A DNA stretch of 64,000 nucleotides, taken from Mobula hypostoma. Lineage: Eukaryota. The DNA lies in the NCBI RefSeq assembly GCF_963921235.1, contig NC_086097.1:160024001-160088000 (forward strand), written 5' to 3'. Positions 24,253 through 37,099 of this stretch are shown one piece after another. Below the pieces are notes generated by a model, which did no database searches, had not been told where the DNA came from, and saw only the letters and a list, made by a program, of their open reading frames with translations. Numbering within the stretch: the first letter of the stretch is position 1; every line of letters starts with the position of its first letter. A program made the translations under genes and the position numbers.

Positions 24253-26298
24253 ATGGAGTGCAATGAAATCCATTTGCAGAACATGCAGAGAAAGAGGAGA
24301 TACAAGGAGCTTGAATCAAGGTGTACTGCTCAAGAGCTCTTCACAGACTGCCTCGCTGGAACTTTTTAGTAGATTGGTTGCAGCCCCGAGTGCAGTTGGG
24401 AAACAAAGATAGACTCAACAGGGCATATGCATAATATTTTTTTCTGGTGCTTAAAACTTGATATCATGATCACATTGAGTTCCTAATATATCCCCCTTTG
24501 CATTATGATGCAATGATAAAAATAGTTTTCAAATTTAGCAAGGCTTGTGTAAATTGTCCCACAATCAAGAATCGTCCCAAATATAGTCACCAACATCCCA
24601 TATTCAATATGTTCATATTGTTTTCCACTTTTGGTCGAAGCAAGGTATACCCTCTTGATTAAAGGGTTTGTCACTGATTGCTTCTGTGGAGCTTCCCCTA
24701 TACTTTGCTGCAGCCCATAGAGTGGTTAATCACGTGACAATATCCTGACAGAAGGAACAGCCTTACAACAACACTTACTGTTTACAATTAATAATATTAT
24801 ATGATACAGGAGGAACAGCAGGAGCACCACATTTTAAATGTTGCGATAATTAGGTGACAATGTGCTCCTGGTGGCAACTACAGGACAGGTCTTTATTGCT
24901 GAGTTGGAGTACCTAATCAATCTTGCTGGACAGACATATGAGAAAAATCTGAATTGAGGAGGAGCTAATTGAGTAAAAATGCAATGGCTATTTGAAAACA
25001 CCTGCAAAGGACTAAATTTATAACAAGGAATTGCAATTATCTGTCTGGAAAATTCACAAGTAACACCATTGTTATTGGTAAAATGGTAACAAGGAGGCAC
25101 ACAGGAATTAAATAGATCAGCTGGTTGAGTGATACCGCAACAAGAACCCCACACTCAATACCAAGTAATTGATTCTGGACTTCAAGGAGGGAAATTGGGA
25201 GCAAACACCAGTCCTCATTGAGGGTCAGTTGTGGAAAGGGTGAACAGCTTCAAGTTACTGGCTGTCAGTATCTTGTAGGATCTGGCCTGGACCCAACCCA
25301 TTGATGCAATTATGAGAAAGCATGGCAACAGCTCTACTTCATTAGGAATTTGAGGAGATTTGGTATGTCTCCAAATTTCTACAGACATTCAATGAAGAAG
25401 ACACAAAGGTTGGGGGTGTTGCAGATGATGACACAAAGTTTGGGGGTTTTGTGGATAATGTGGAGGGCTGTCAGAGGGTACAGCGGAACATTGATAGGAT
25501 GCAAAACTGGACTGAGAAGTGGCAGATGGAGTTCAACCCAGATATGTGTGAGGTGGTTCATTTTGGTAGGTCAAATATGATGGCAGAGTATAGCATTAAT
25601 GGCAAGACTCTTGGTAGTGTGGAGGATCAGAGGGATCTTGGAGTCCAAGTCCATAGGATACTCAAAGCTGCTGTGTAATTTGGCTCTGTGGTTAAGAAGG
25701 CATATGGAGCATTGGTCTTCATCAATTGTGGGATGGAGATTAAGAGCCGAGAGGTAATGTTGCAGCTATATAGAACACTGGTCAGACCCCACTTGGAGTA
25801 CTGTGCTCAATTCTGGTTGCCTCACTACAGGAAGGACGGGGAAAACACAGAAAGGGTGCAGAGGAGATTTAAAAGGACGTTGCCTGGATTGGGGAGCATG
25901 CCTTATGAGAATAATTTTTTTAAATTAATTTTTAATGCATTTCTACAGTAAATCTACAGAAAAAAACTGACAATAAAATGGAGATTTATACAGTGCAAAA
26001 CAATCAAATCCAATATGTTATTCATAACAATGAGAAAAAGTACCCAAAAGAGAATTATGTAAAATTAGTATCCACTCCAACCTCCCACTGAAAAAAAAAC
26101 CCAGGCCAATCATTTCTGGGTGTAAAAGAAAAAAAATTAATTGGAGCATTCAACTCCAGAGAACGGTAAATATATAGAGGAAAAAAGAAAGTATAATGCC
26201 GAATACCAAAAGTATAATGTTTTTCACAACAAAAAAACGTATAACTTGCAAAAAAAAAGCTGAAAGTAAGGGACTGTAGCATAAAAAAAAGGATAAAC

Positions 26299-29200
26299 TT
26301 ACCCTAAAGAAGAGTTATGAAAATGTTCAAGAAAAGGTCCTCACACCGTATGAAACTTTATGTCCGAATTAAGAAGTGAATAATTAATCTTTTCAAGGTC
26401 TGAACAGGCCATAATATCATGAAGCCATTGAGTGTTTGTGGGTGGGGCAGCATCTTTCCACCTAAGAAGAACCAACCATCCAGCCAAGAGAGAGGCAAAA
26501 GATAATGTTCGACATTTAGTCGGACTCAAGTGCATATTTACTTCATCCAAGGTGCCAAAAAGAGCAATCAGAGGGTTAGGTTCCTAATGGCAATTAAGAA
26601 TATGAGATAAAGTTGAAAAAACTTCTCTCCAGAATTTCTCTAGACTAGGACAGGCCCAGCACATAAGGGAAGCTTCAGCCCCTTTACACTTATCACAAAC
26701 AGGACTGATGTCAGGGTAAACCCACGATAATTTAGTTTTAGACTTGAGCTGTGTACAACCTTAAACTGCAAGAGGCAGTGGCGAGCACATAGAGAGGTTG
26801 AGTTGACTGACTTAAGAATTGAATCCCATACCATATCAGATAAGGAGATATTTAGATCTTATTCCCAGGCAGTTCTAATTTTATCAAAGGGGGCACAAAA
26901 TCACTAACTTATCCTGAATAGCAGATATTAAACCTTTACCCAATGGATTGATACAAAGAAACAAGTCCAGAACATTTTTCTCAGGCATTTCAGGAAAGTT
27001 TAAAATCAAAGGGTTAATGAAATTTCTAATTTGAAGATAACTAAAGAAATGAGTATTTGGTACTCAATTGTTGAAAAGTTGCAAAATGATTATCTATGAA
27101 AAGATCTTCAAAGCGTCTAATACCCTTTCTATACCAATGGTAAAATGTTGAATCCCACATGTAAGGTAGGAAAAGATGATTGTGTAAAATAGGGCTAGAG
27201 AGAGAAAAACCATGAAGGCCATTAAATTTTCTAAACAGCCTATATTCTTAAAGTATGTCTGATAAGAAGATTAACAATAAGTCTAGGCAAATGACAAAGA
27301 AGTGTGGAACTGAGAAGTGCAGAAATTGAAATATCCTCAGTAGAGTTCAACTCCATTGTCACCCATTTTGGGCAGCCAGACTTATTATGGAAGAAAGACT
27401 AAAAAGTAAGGCAACAAATATTGGCTGCCCAATAATATAAATGAAAATTTAGCAAGGCCATACCACCTTCCTTTTTAGTTTTTAGAAGGTGAGAGCTTTA
27501 TTAAGTCTAAGGCATTTACCCTTCCATAAATAAGACGAAATAATCGAACCTAACCCATTGAAAAAAGCTTTAGAAATAACAATTTGTAAAGACTGAAATA
27601 GATTAAAAAATTTAGGAAGGATATACATTTTAATAACGTTAATACGACCTACAAGAGACATAGACAAGGGTGACCACTGTGTCAAACTCTGTTTTGTAGA
27701 GTTTAAAAGATTGGTAAAATTTTCTCAAAAAAGATTCTTAAAGTTCCTTTTTACTGTAATACCAAGATAAGTGAATTGATTGTTAACTACTTTAAAAGGG
27801 AGGTCATGGAATACTAAAGCTTGTGCTTCTCTATTAATTGGAAAGAGTTCACTCTTATGTAAATTAAATCTATAACCAGAAAGTTGACTAAATTTATTAA
27901 GAAGTGAAAACATTGAGGGCAAGGAGGTAGTCGGGTTTGATATAAAAAGTAAAATATCGTCAGCATAAAGGGAAACTTTATGCTCAACACCTCCCCTCCA
28001 AATCCCCATCAATTCAGCACAACTACGAAACGCAATCGCCAATGGCTCTATAGCCAAATCGAAGAGTAATGGACTTAAAGGGCAACCTTGACGAGTGCCG
28101 CGCTTAAGGCTGAAAGGCTGAGATTGCTGAGAGTTGGTCAAAACAGAAGCGGTGGGACATGAATATAGCAATTTAATCCATGTACTAAAACTTCGTCCAA
28201 AATCAAATTTTTCTAAAACCGCAAAAAGGTCATTCCACTCAACGCGATCGAACGCTTTCTCCACCTCAAGAGAAATAACACATTCAGGAGTCCCAGCTGA
28301 GGGTGAATATAAGATATTAAATAAGCACCGTATATTAAAAAAAGAAGACAATTTTTGATAAAACCAGTTTGATCTTCAGAATTAATAGAGTATAATGTTC
28401 TCTAATCTACGAGCCAAAACTTTAGCCAAAATTTTAACATCGACATTTAATAAGGAAATCGGCCTATACGAAGAACACTCTGTCGGATCTTTACCTTTTT
28501 TAGCTAATAGAATGATACATGCCTCGTTAAATGATGCAGGCAATTTACCATGCTTAAGTGAATCAGATAGAACTACAAATAATTGAGATGAAAGCAGTGA
28601 AGAAAATGATTTATAAAATTCTGCAGAAAAGCCATCAGGTCCAGGAGATTTACCTGACTGTAGTACAGAGATGGCAGATGATATTTCCTCTAATGACAAT
28701 GGTTCATTGAGTTTTGCTTTAAAGTCAGGGGAGAGCGAAGGAGTATTTAAACTATTTAAAAAATGCTCAACCGAGATATTCTCATTTAAAGATTCAAAAG
28801 TATAAAGTCGAGAATAATAGTTCTTAAGTGTGTCATTGATATCAGAATGATTCGAAGTAATTTTCCCATTTCCCATTCGAATTTTTGTAATTTGTTGTTT
28901 AACTGTAGAGTGTCTTAGTTGGTTAACTAAAAACTTACTGGACTTATCCCCATGAATATAAAATCGGCTCTTACTTTCAAGAAGTTGGCGTTCAACCAGC
29001 CGAGTGGAGATGAGGTCAAACTTAGTTTGAAGTTCTACTCTCTTCTTTTACAATTCAGGAGTTTTGGTCTGGGCATATAATTGGTCTGTTGCTTTGATTT
29101 GACCAATCAAATGTAAACACTCTAAATGCGTCTTTCTTTTCAGATTCACAATATATGAAATTAGTTGGCCTCTCAGATATGCTTTCATGGCATCACAGAC

Positions 29201-30060
29201 AACCTGGGATGAGATTTCAGATGACATGTTAGTACTTAAAAAAAAGTTATCTGGTCCTTCATAAATTTTACAAAATCATTATCCGACAACAAGGTCAGAT
29301 TAAAACGCCAATGTTTGTTCATTTGAGGAAAACCAGGGAAATTTATGGACAGGGTAACTGGGGCATGATCAGAAATCACTATACTCTGATAATCACAAGA
29401 GCGAACAGATGGAATCAGCTGATTATCCATTAAGAAATAATCAATTTTAGTAAAAGTACGATGGACTTGTGAAAAAATGGAATAATCTCTCTCAGTAGGA
29501 TGGAAAAAACACCACACATCAGAAATACCATAATTAGAAAGGAAAGAGTGAATAGATAAAGCAGATTTACTAGGGAGTCTAGAAACAGAAGAGGATCGAT
29601 CCAACACTGGATCTAAACAACAATTGAAATCATCATCCAATATGAGGGAATATAAACTCAAGTCAGCCAATAAAGAAAAAAAATGATCAAAGAAGTCCAC
29701 ATCATCTGAATTGGGAGCATAGAGATTAGCCAAGACTACCCTATTATCATATCATTTCCCAGAGACAATAATAAAACGACCATTTATATCCAAAATTTTG
29801 TTGTGAAGCTCAAAGGGAACATTCTGATTAATAAGAATTGAAACCCCTCTGGCTTTAGCCAGAAAAGCAGAATGGAAGTGCTATCTCACTCACCTAGACA
29901 TTAGGTGAGTGTTATCAAAACTACGAATATGTGTTTCTTGCAAAAAAGCAATATCAGCTTTAAGCTGTTTGAGATGTGAAAACACCTTCCTTCTTTTAAC
30001 AGGTTGGTTCAATCCCTTAACACTCCAGCTTATAAGATTCAACGGGCTAACCACTGTCAT
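26299..30060 (-). pseudogene. L1 ORF2 (APE endonuclease, reverse transcriptase, C-terminal Cys-rich region), many frameshifts and stops
   Basis: ISWSVKGLN..RRKVF.HLK..ADIAFLQETH; NLYAPN; IDYFL; SDHAPV; KSPGPDGF; YRPISLLNVD.KILAK; GTRQGCPLSPLLF; LYADD; YLGI. Confidence 0.93.
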
Positions 30061-30488
30061 ATAAAAAAAGAACATATAGGGTAGTAGGCATAAATATGGA
30101 CAAACATTCTAATAACAGCTCTGGGGCAGAAGTATAAAATAAGAAAATCAGGACAAAAAAAAAGTCCTGAATAACGAAGAATAATTAAGAGTTGTTTAAA
30201 CAGTGTTGGCACTAGAAAACCCTCCCCCCCACCGCCCCCTGTCCCAAAGCAAGAAAGCTACCAAAGAAAAGCAGCTGGCTCTTCAGAAAAAAACTACCCC
30301 TAACCCCAACTTCCAGTTTCTAAATATCTTCATGAGCTCCGTTTAATTAACAGTTTAAAAAAACAGAGAGCTTATGCACTTGCAATTAAAATTGTACATA
30401 AAGAAAAAAAGAAAACAGTACTATCAAGAAGTATTAGACTTAACTTGAAATAATAATCCAGATTACCATACCCACGAAAAAAAAAGAA

Positions 30489-31000
30489 TTCAGTAATTAA
30501 AAATTAATTTTATAAAGAAAACAGGGGAAAAAAAACAAAGAAAAAAAATACCAATCAGCCATCTTAAATAATCAAATCGAGTCTAAAGGAGACGCCATAG
30601 CAAAGAGACTTTCGATAAATTTCTGAACTACTTATAGCAAAGTTAAACCATTTTCAGTAATTTAAAAATTAAATTTAAAAGGAAAACAAAAAATAAAAAA
30701 AAACCAAAGAAAGGAAAACATGGTAATCGGTCATTTTAAATAATCAAATCGAGTCTGAAGAAATCACGATGGCAAAGAGATTTTCGATAAATATCTGAAC
30801 TTCTTATACCAGAAATAAACTGTTTTCAGTAATTAAAAAAATTTAATTTAAGAGGAAAACAAAAAAATTAAAAAAAACAAGGAGAGAAAAAAATAGCAAT
30901 CAGCCATTTTAAATAATCAAATCGAGTCTGAAGAATTTGCAGCAGCAGGGAGACTTTCAATGAATTCCTGAAATTTTGTAACAGAGTTGAACCATTTTTT
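30489..31000 (-). repeat. About 172-bp tandem array (two full extra copies plus a partial) in the L1 inter-ORF spacer
   Basis: AATCRGYCATYTTAAATAATCAAATCGAGTCT recurs at 30553, 30725 and 30898. Confidence 0.9.
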
Positions 31001-31743
31001 GTCCCCAGTACTAAGAGTTATTTGGAGATGGGCGGGATAAGTTCACGACTGTAAAACTCTTTCATAACACCTTTGTATTCAGCATGCAGCCTCAAAACTT
31101 GAGGAACATAATCTTCAACAATACGAATGGGATGGCCCTTGTAATTCAATTTTCCTCTCCGACGTGCTTCCATAATCAAAAGGTTTTTCACTTGAAAACA
31201 ATGAAAACAGAGTATAACTGGGCATGGCCACGAGCCCAATTCAGGCTTCAACCGAAATACCTGTACACGGTGGACTCTGTCTAACTCAGGAGAATTCGGA
31301 AGAATATCTTCCCCAAAAATCTCACAAAGGGGAAAAAAAATTCAACAGGAGCTCCGCTTTCGATAGCCTCTGGCAGACCAAGGATTCATAGATTATGCTT
31401 TCTGCTCCAACCTCGAGATCAGCTATTTTTGATGATAACTTGGTGTTATTCTCACTCAAATTACAACAAACGGCTTCCAGCTACTAAATACGACATTTTA
31501 AATCTCCGGTTTCTGAGTCAAGATGAGAGAGACTAATGGCATGATCCTTCACTTTGGAATTGATTTGATCCAATTTTGACTCCAACAAACTGAAGGAAGA
31601 CTTAAATTCAGATATAATCTCTTGACGGTGCTGGCCTTGAAGACTTAAATTCAGATATAATCTCTTGACGGTGCTGGCCTTGAATGGCGATAATGTCGGC
31701 AGAGACTTCTTTTTTTCCCAGATTTAGAGGGCTTGAAGGCCAT
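30917..31743 (-). pseudogene. L1 ORF1 (RNA-binding protein), frameshifted
   Basis: EIFGEDILPNSPELDRVH; PVILCFHCFQVK; LNYKGHPIRIVEDY; ends WFNSVTKFQEFIESLPAAANSSDSI*. Confidence 0.85.
31596..31681. repeat. Perfect 43-bp tandem duplication within L1 ORF1
   Basis: GAAGACTTAAATTCAGATATAATCTCTTGACGGTGCTGGCCTT occurs twice in tandem. Confidence 0.95.
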
Positions 31744-32053
31744 TGTAGGACAGATGGGCAGGTAGGAGAACTAAAAAAAAATTAGCAGTCTGGAGTAGAA
31801 AAAGGAAGATAAGAAGTATGGGGGTAAGGCATGAAACACAGCGACAATTTTAAGCCATTAACCTATCACCATCTTACCGGAAGTCGCCTTATGAGAATAG
31901 GTTGAGTGAACTCAGCCTTTTTTCCTTGGAGCGACGGAGGATGAGAGGTGACCTGATAGAACTGTACAAGATGATGAGAGGCATTGATTGTGTGGATAGT
32001 CAAAGGCTGATTCCCAGGGCTGAAATGGCTAGCACGAGAGGGCATAGTTTTAA

Positions 32054-32534
32054 AACATAGAAACAAAGAAACATAGAAAACCTACAGCGCAATACAGGCC
32101 CTTCGGCCCACAGAGTTGTGCCAAACATGTCCCTACCTTAGAAATTACTAGGTTTACCTTTGGCCCTCTATTTTACTAAGCTCCATGTACATATCTAAAA
32201 GTCTCTTAAAGGACCTTTTCGTATCCGCCTCCACCACCGTTGCCAGCAGCCCATTCCACACACTCACCACTCTCTGAGTAAAAGCTTTACCCCTGACATC
32301 TCCTCTGTACCTACTCCCCAGCACCTTAACCTGTGTCCTCTTGTGGCAACCATTTCACCTCGGGGAAAAAGCTTCTGACTATCTACACAATCAATGCCTC
32401 TCATCATCTTATACATCTCTAACAGGTCACCTCTCATCCTCCTTTGCCCCAAGGAGAAAAGGCCAAGTTCACTCAACCTATTCTCATAAGGCATGCTCCC
32501 CAATCCAGGCAACATCCTTGTAAATCTCCTCCTC
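32054..32534 (-). mobile_element. CR1 3' fragment inserted antisense into a CR1 of the same subfamily
   Basis: TTTTAA duplicated at 32048-32053 and 32535-32540; ORF 32264..32515; tail at the left end. Confidence 0.92.
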
Positions 32535-33214
32535 TTTTAAGGTGCTTGGAAGTAGGTACAGAGGAGATGTCAGGGGTAAGTTTTATACGCAGAGAATGGT
32601 GAGTGCGTGGAATGGGCTGCCAGAGGCGGTGGTGGAGGTGGAAACGATAGGGTCTTTTAAGAGACTCCTGGATGGATACATGGAGTTGAGAAAACTAGAG
32701 GGCTATGGGTAAGCCTAGGTAGTTCTTAGGTAAGTACATGTTTGGCACAGTTTTGTGAGCCGAAGGTTTTCTATGTTTCTATGATTCTGACTGGTTTCAT
32801 CACAACCCCAAAAGGAGGCTCCAATGTACAGGACTGCAAACTCACCCAGCTCCATCATCGGCTCTACCCACCCTGCCATCGGGGGTATCTTCAAAAGAAG
32901 GAGCTTTAAGAAGGTGGTATCCATCATTAAGGACCCTCACTATTCAGGTTATAGCCCCTTCTCGTTACTACTGTAATTGAGGAGGTATAGAAGCCTGACG
33001 AACCATACTCAATGGTTCAGAAACATCTTCTTCCCCATCGCTATCAGATTACTGAATGGTCCATGAAGCCATGAAGAGTACCTCACTATTTAGCCCTATT
33101 TATTTATTTTGTAATTGATAGTAATTTTATGTCTTTACACCATATTGCTGATGTACAATAAATTTCAGCAGCTAAAATAAGTTAAATGAAGTTCTCACAG
33201 AGGTTTCAACATTT

Positions 33215-35300
33215 TCCTGGAACAGTGCTCTGTCCCCATAGGTTTCAAGGCAGCCACCAGTATCCTGGTGTCCAAGAGAGGGAGAGTAGGCTGCTTTAAT
33301 GACTACTGTCCAGTGACACTGACCTCAGCAACAAAGTGTTTTGAGTGGCTGGTTATGGATCGGACCCTTTCCAGTTTGCTTAACGCTCAATAGTCCACTG
33401 ATGACGCCATAACCTCTGCACTCCACTCCATCCTGTCCACCTGGTAAATGGTGCCTCATCTGCCAGAGTACTGTTTATCTACTTCAGCTTGGCATTTAAA
33501 ATGATCATCCCCTCAGAAGCTGTCCTCATTGGGTGTCAACACCTCATTCCCTAACTGGATGTTAGACTTCTTGGCAGAAAGATAGCCTTAGGAGGGGAGG
33601 AGAAGATGGCGACACGACGCAGCGCGCGCGTCCGCTCCGAAATGATATCGTATTTGTAAGTAGGTACCATGCACAATCCTAATTTGATGGAGACAGACGT
33701 GAGAAGCACAGAGGAACATGTGGAGAAACTTCTGAAATGCCCACTTCACTGCCGCCGCTACTGTGCGATCAAGAATCTCCGGAGGGGACGGCCCCAAATC
33801 CTCAGCTTTGCTGATTGCCTGTTGCCAGGGCTGGGATTGAAGTGCTCGGCTGAGATGGTGCTCGGTGCTCAGTGTTGGAGGGCTGGTCGGAGGCTCGAAG
33901 TTTTCGGACGGACTCAAGAGTTGGCTGTGGTCGGGTGCTTCCAGGGTGCTGCATCGGCAAGTTTGCGGCGCTGGAAGCTCATGGCAGGGAGAGTTTTTCT
34001 TCCTTCTACCGTCTGCGTGAGATGATAGGACTTTCAAGAGACCTTGAGACTTTTTTTTTACCGTGCCCATGGTCTGTTCTTTATCAAATTGCGGTATTAC
34101 TTTGCACTGCTGTAACTATATGTTATAATTATGTGGTTTTTGTCAGTTTTTCAGTCTTGGTTTGTCTTGTGTTTCTGTGATATTATTCTGGAGGAACATT
34201 GTATCATTTCTCAATGCATGCATTACTAAATGACAATAAAAGAGGACTGCGTGTCCTCATAATCTAATCTAAAGGGCACAGTCAGTCTGTGTTGGCAGCA
34301 ACTTCTCTAGCTCTATCACGCTGAGTACCAGGCTGTATACTCAGCCACTGTTGTTAACACTGCTGATGACTGACTGTACATCTAGATCCAGTTCAAACCA
34401 AAGCATCGTTCACTGATGACACAACAGTAGATGGCCTCATCAGTGATGACAAGGCAGAGTAGAAAGGAGGTTGCATGGCTGGCAGAATGGTGTGAGCACA
34501 ACAACTTGAGTCTGAATGTGGACAAGACTGAAGAAATCATTGTGGACTTCAGGAAGGTGCAGGCTGACCATTCCTCATTACACATAAGCAGCTCCTCCAT
34601 GGAGAGAATAAGGAACACCAAATTTCTGGGCATGTACATAACAGACGATCTCACCATGTCCTTCAACATCACCACTTTAGTCAGGAAAGCATAACAGGGT
34701 CTCTACATCCTGAGGAGACTGAGGCAAGCAAGGGCCCTTCCATCCCACTAATCTAACCAATTTTTACAGGAGCACCACTGAGAATGTCTTAGCCAGCTGC
34801 ATCACTGTCTGGTACTGGAATTGCAAGGTATCTGACCACAAGACCCTACAAAGGATGTGAGGATTTCTGAGAGGATCATTAGGATCTTTCATCCACCCAT
34901 CTGAGATATTCACTGTATCAGGAGCGCAGAGTATGCAGGGCCCTTAGCATTGTCAATGTCTCACCCATCCATCCAACCATCTTTCTGACCCCCTACCATC
35001 AGGTAAGAGGTATCATAGTATTAATACAAGGACAATTAGGATGGAAAACAGCTTCTTCTCCCAGGCTGAGAGATTACAGAACTCCCTGCTACCACCCAGG
35101 ATTCATCATGCATGAAGTGCCAGTAACATTATACGGTATACTTTTTAAGTTGTGTTGTAAATGCACCTTATTATTTGTTAATTTATTTGTAGTAATATTA
35201 CTTTATGTGCTGTGTGTGTACTGTTATGCACTTTGGTCCAGAGGAACATTGTTTAATTTGATGGTATACATGTATATGATTGAAGGACAATAAACTTGAA
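33215..35300 (+). mobile_element. Rex1/Babar-type LINE RT to 3' end, interrupted
   Basis: VPIGFKAAT.ILVSK..FNDYCPVTLT; DPFQFA; ORF 34431..34694 (WCEHNNLSLNVDKTEEIIVDFRK..KFLG). Confidence 0.85.
33591..34272 (+). mobile_element. Young non-autonomous retroposon with AAGATGGCG head and (AATCT)n tail
   Basis: CpG-rich 5' half starting GGAGGGGAGGAGAAGATGGCG; AT-rich LINE-like 3' half with AATAAA and AATCTAATCTAA; interrupts a Rex1 RT. Confidence 0.75.
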
Positions 35301-35484
35301 GTTCATGTCATGTCAGATAGTAATAACAAAACTGACTCTGATTCTGAAATAAAAGAGAATTGGATTGTTATTGGCAGATGGATTCACAATAACATGTACA
35401 ATAGGTTGAATAAGACAAGCTTACCAAGGTTCTTCAACAAGCTTGGTCAATCACATGTGGAGAGTGTATGGAAATTGAGCAGAA

Positions 35485-35770
35485 GCTCAAAGAGATGAGT
35501 TTTGAGAAGCATCCTAATTAAGTAAAGAGAGAAGGGAACCAGAGGGAGTCATGATGGGAATACCCAAGTTTAGGACCTTGATAGCTGAAATCTTGTCTAC
35601 TTGTGATAGAATAATAAAGAAGCAAGGATGCATTGGAAACCAGATCTGGAAGGTTTAAAGATTTAGAAGGGTTGTACAGCTACAGACAGGAATGGAACTA
35701 ATCTTTGAAGGTTTAGGAGAGAAGGATGACAATTATAAAACGTTGATGCTGTTTGGCCAAGGACCAAGGT
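35485..35770 (-). mobile_element. Old L2-type 3' fragment
   Basis: Resembles the typical L2 3' region (TTCAGCTATCAAGGTCCTAAACTTGGGTATTCCC on the minus strand, FS..GPKLWNSLP-like). Confidence 0.5.
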
Positions 35771-36359
35771 CAGAGTGCACTCCCTGCATCTGTCTCATAT
35801 CCAGTGTGCAAAAAGGTGACACTGATTCCACCTCCTAACATATGACTTAAAATGTGTAGATACAATAGAACAGTAAACTCATGGGACTTTCAAATCAGAG
35901 AGTTTATCAACTAAGGGCTCTGTTAGCCTTCTGAGCAGGTCAGATAAAAGTTTATAGAACTAAGATTTAAGGTCTGTTTCGCACTCTATGTTTGCCGTTA
36001 ACTTTTGTGTGCTTCCAGTAGTTTTTGTCTCTAATAGAAGAAATTTATGTTAAGTGTTCTTCTTCTCACAGATGTGGCAACCCATTCAAAAAGGTATAAT
36101 CAAATACCATAATGGTCAGCAAGTCAGATGTCTTTTAATTATGGTCACAGTGGGGTGTGTCTGCCAAAGTCGGGGTGGGGGGGGCACTCACAAAAGGAAG
36201 GGTAGATAATATTGAAGGAATCTCTCAGGAGTGTTTTCCTATGATACAATCTCAGCCACAATTAAGCCTGAAGGCAGTAACCCAGTATTCAATAGAAGTC
36301 TTTTCACCCCTAGTCGCATTTGGCAGGAGGTTGTTAGAGCACCATAGAGAAAAATTAAG

Positions 36360-36620
36360 ATATACAGCATGCAGATAGGCCATTTAAACTACCATATCTA
36401 CATTGAGCTGTGGACACCTGTCTGTTTTAATCCCATCTTCCAGTATTTGGCAATTCAAGGTCTCATCTAGAAAAATCTTATAAGGTGCTAGCAACTCTGC
36501 TTCCACCACAAAGCCTGGTCATACTTTGCAGGTACTCATCAATCTCTGGATGAAATAGACGCCCCTCTAAATTCCTTAACACTTACCAGAAATCTCTGTC
36601 ATCTAATTGTATTATATATT
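36360..36620 (-). mobile_element. Old CR1 3' fragment
   Basis: Decayed FIQRL...KV.PG.VVEA motif and CR1-like 3'UTR. Confidence 0.5.
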
Positions 36621-37099
36621 TATAAGGAAGTAAGATTCATATAGACTTTTGTTGGAGAAATCCAGAGAGCAGCTGCTCCATTCTGTCCAACTCCATTGTG
36701 TTTTTAGCTAATCAAAAAAAAAACAACAGCTACAATGTTTCAGGGGAAACACAAACAACTTATGAAGTCATTTCTTTGATCTTCTATAATGAGACACCAA
36801 TTATGACAAACAGCAGTAAATTGCCTTTCAGATCACATTAGTTAAAAATATAGATCTCAATGAACATGTAGCAAACACCATTCTTTGTTAGATAAGAAAT
36901 GTTTGGATGTACTTTTACATCACTTTCCAGAAGTGTACAGAAATTACAACTGTTAATTACACCAGAGGTTAGTGATACCCACTGAATGATCGTAATTACA
37001 CGTTATTGGATTACAATAGTATTTTGCACAAACTAATGGTAGTCCTGAAATTATGTTTAGCTCTGAGTATAGAAATCAAAGTTTTTACATCATCCTCTG

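Larger units (their letters stand above)
25914..31885 (-). mobile_element. Full-length (about 6.0 kb) L1-clade LINE, inactivated
   Basis: 14-bp TSD GCCTTATGAGAATA at 25900-25913 and 31886-31899; 5' end GACTTCCGGTAAGATGGTG; ORF1, spacer, ORF2, A-rich tail. Confidence 0.95.
25397..32782 (+). mobile_element. CR1 LINE 3' part in three pieces (25397-25913, 31886-32053, 32541-32782)
   Basis: ORFs 25451..25678 and 25688..25951 continue after the L1 as PYENRLSEL; ends TTTCTATGTTTCTATG. Confidence 0.93.
25140..33170 (+). mobile_element. Rex1/Babar-type fragment hosting a CR1 (pieces 25140-25396 and 32783-33170)
   Basis: QQLYFIRNLRRFGMSPNFYRHSMK| resumes as |ILTGFIT after the CR1 tail. Confidence 0.8.

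Noticed and set aside
24280..24950. Possible short host exons in unannotated sequence
   Set aside because: Weak splice sites and no recognisable peptide.
30489..31000. CRISPR-like repeat-spacer array
   Set aside because: The intervening sequences are homologous to each other, the period is about 172 bp, the context is a eukaryotic L1, and there are no cas genes.
33588..34180. Overlapping 100-160 aa ORFs
   Set aside because: GC-rich non-autonomous retroposon with no protein motifs.
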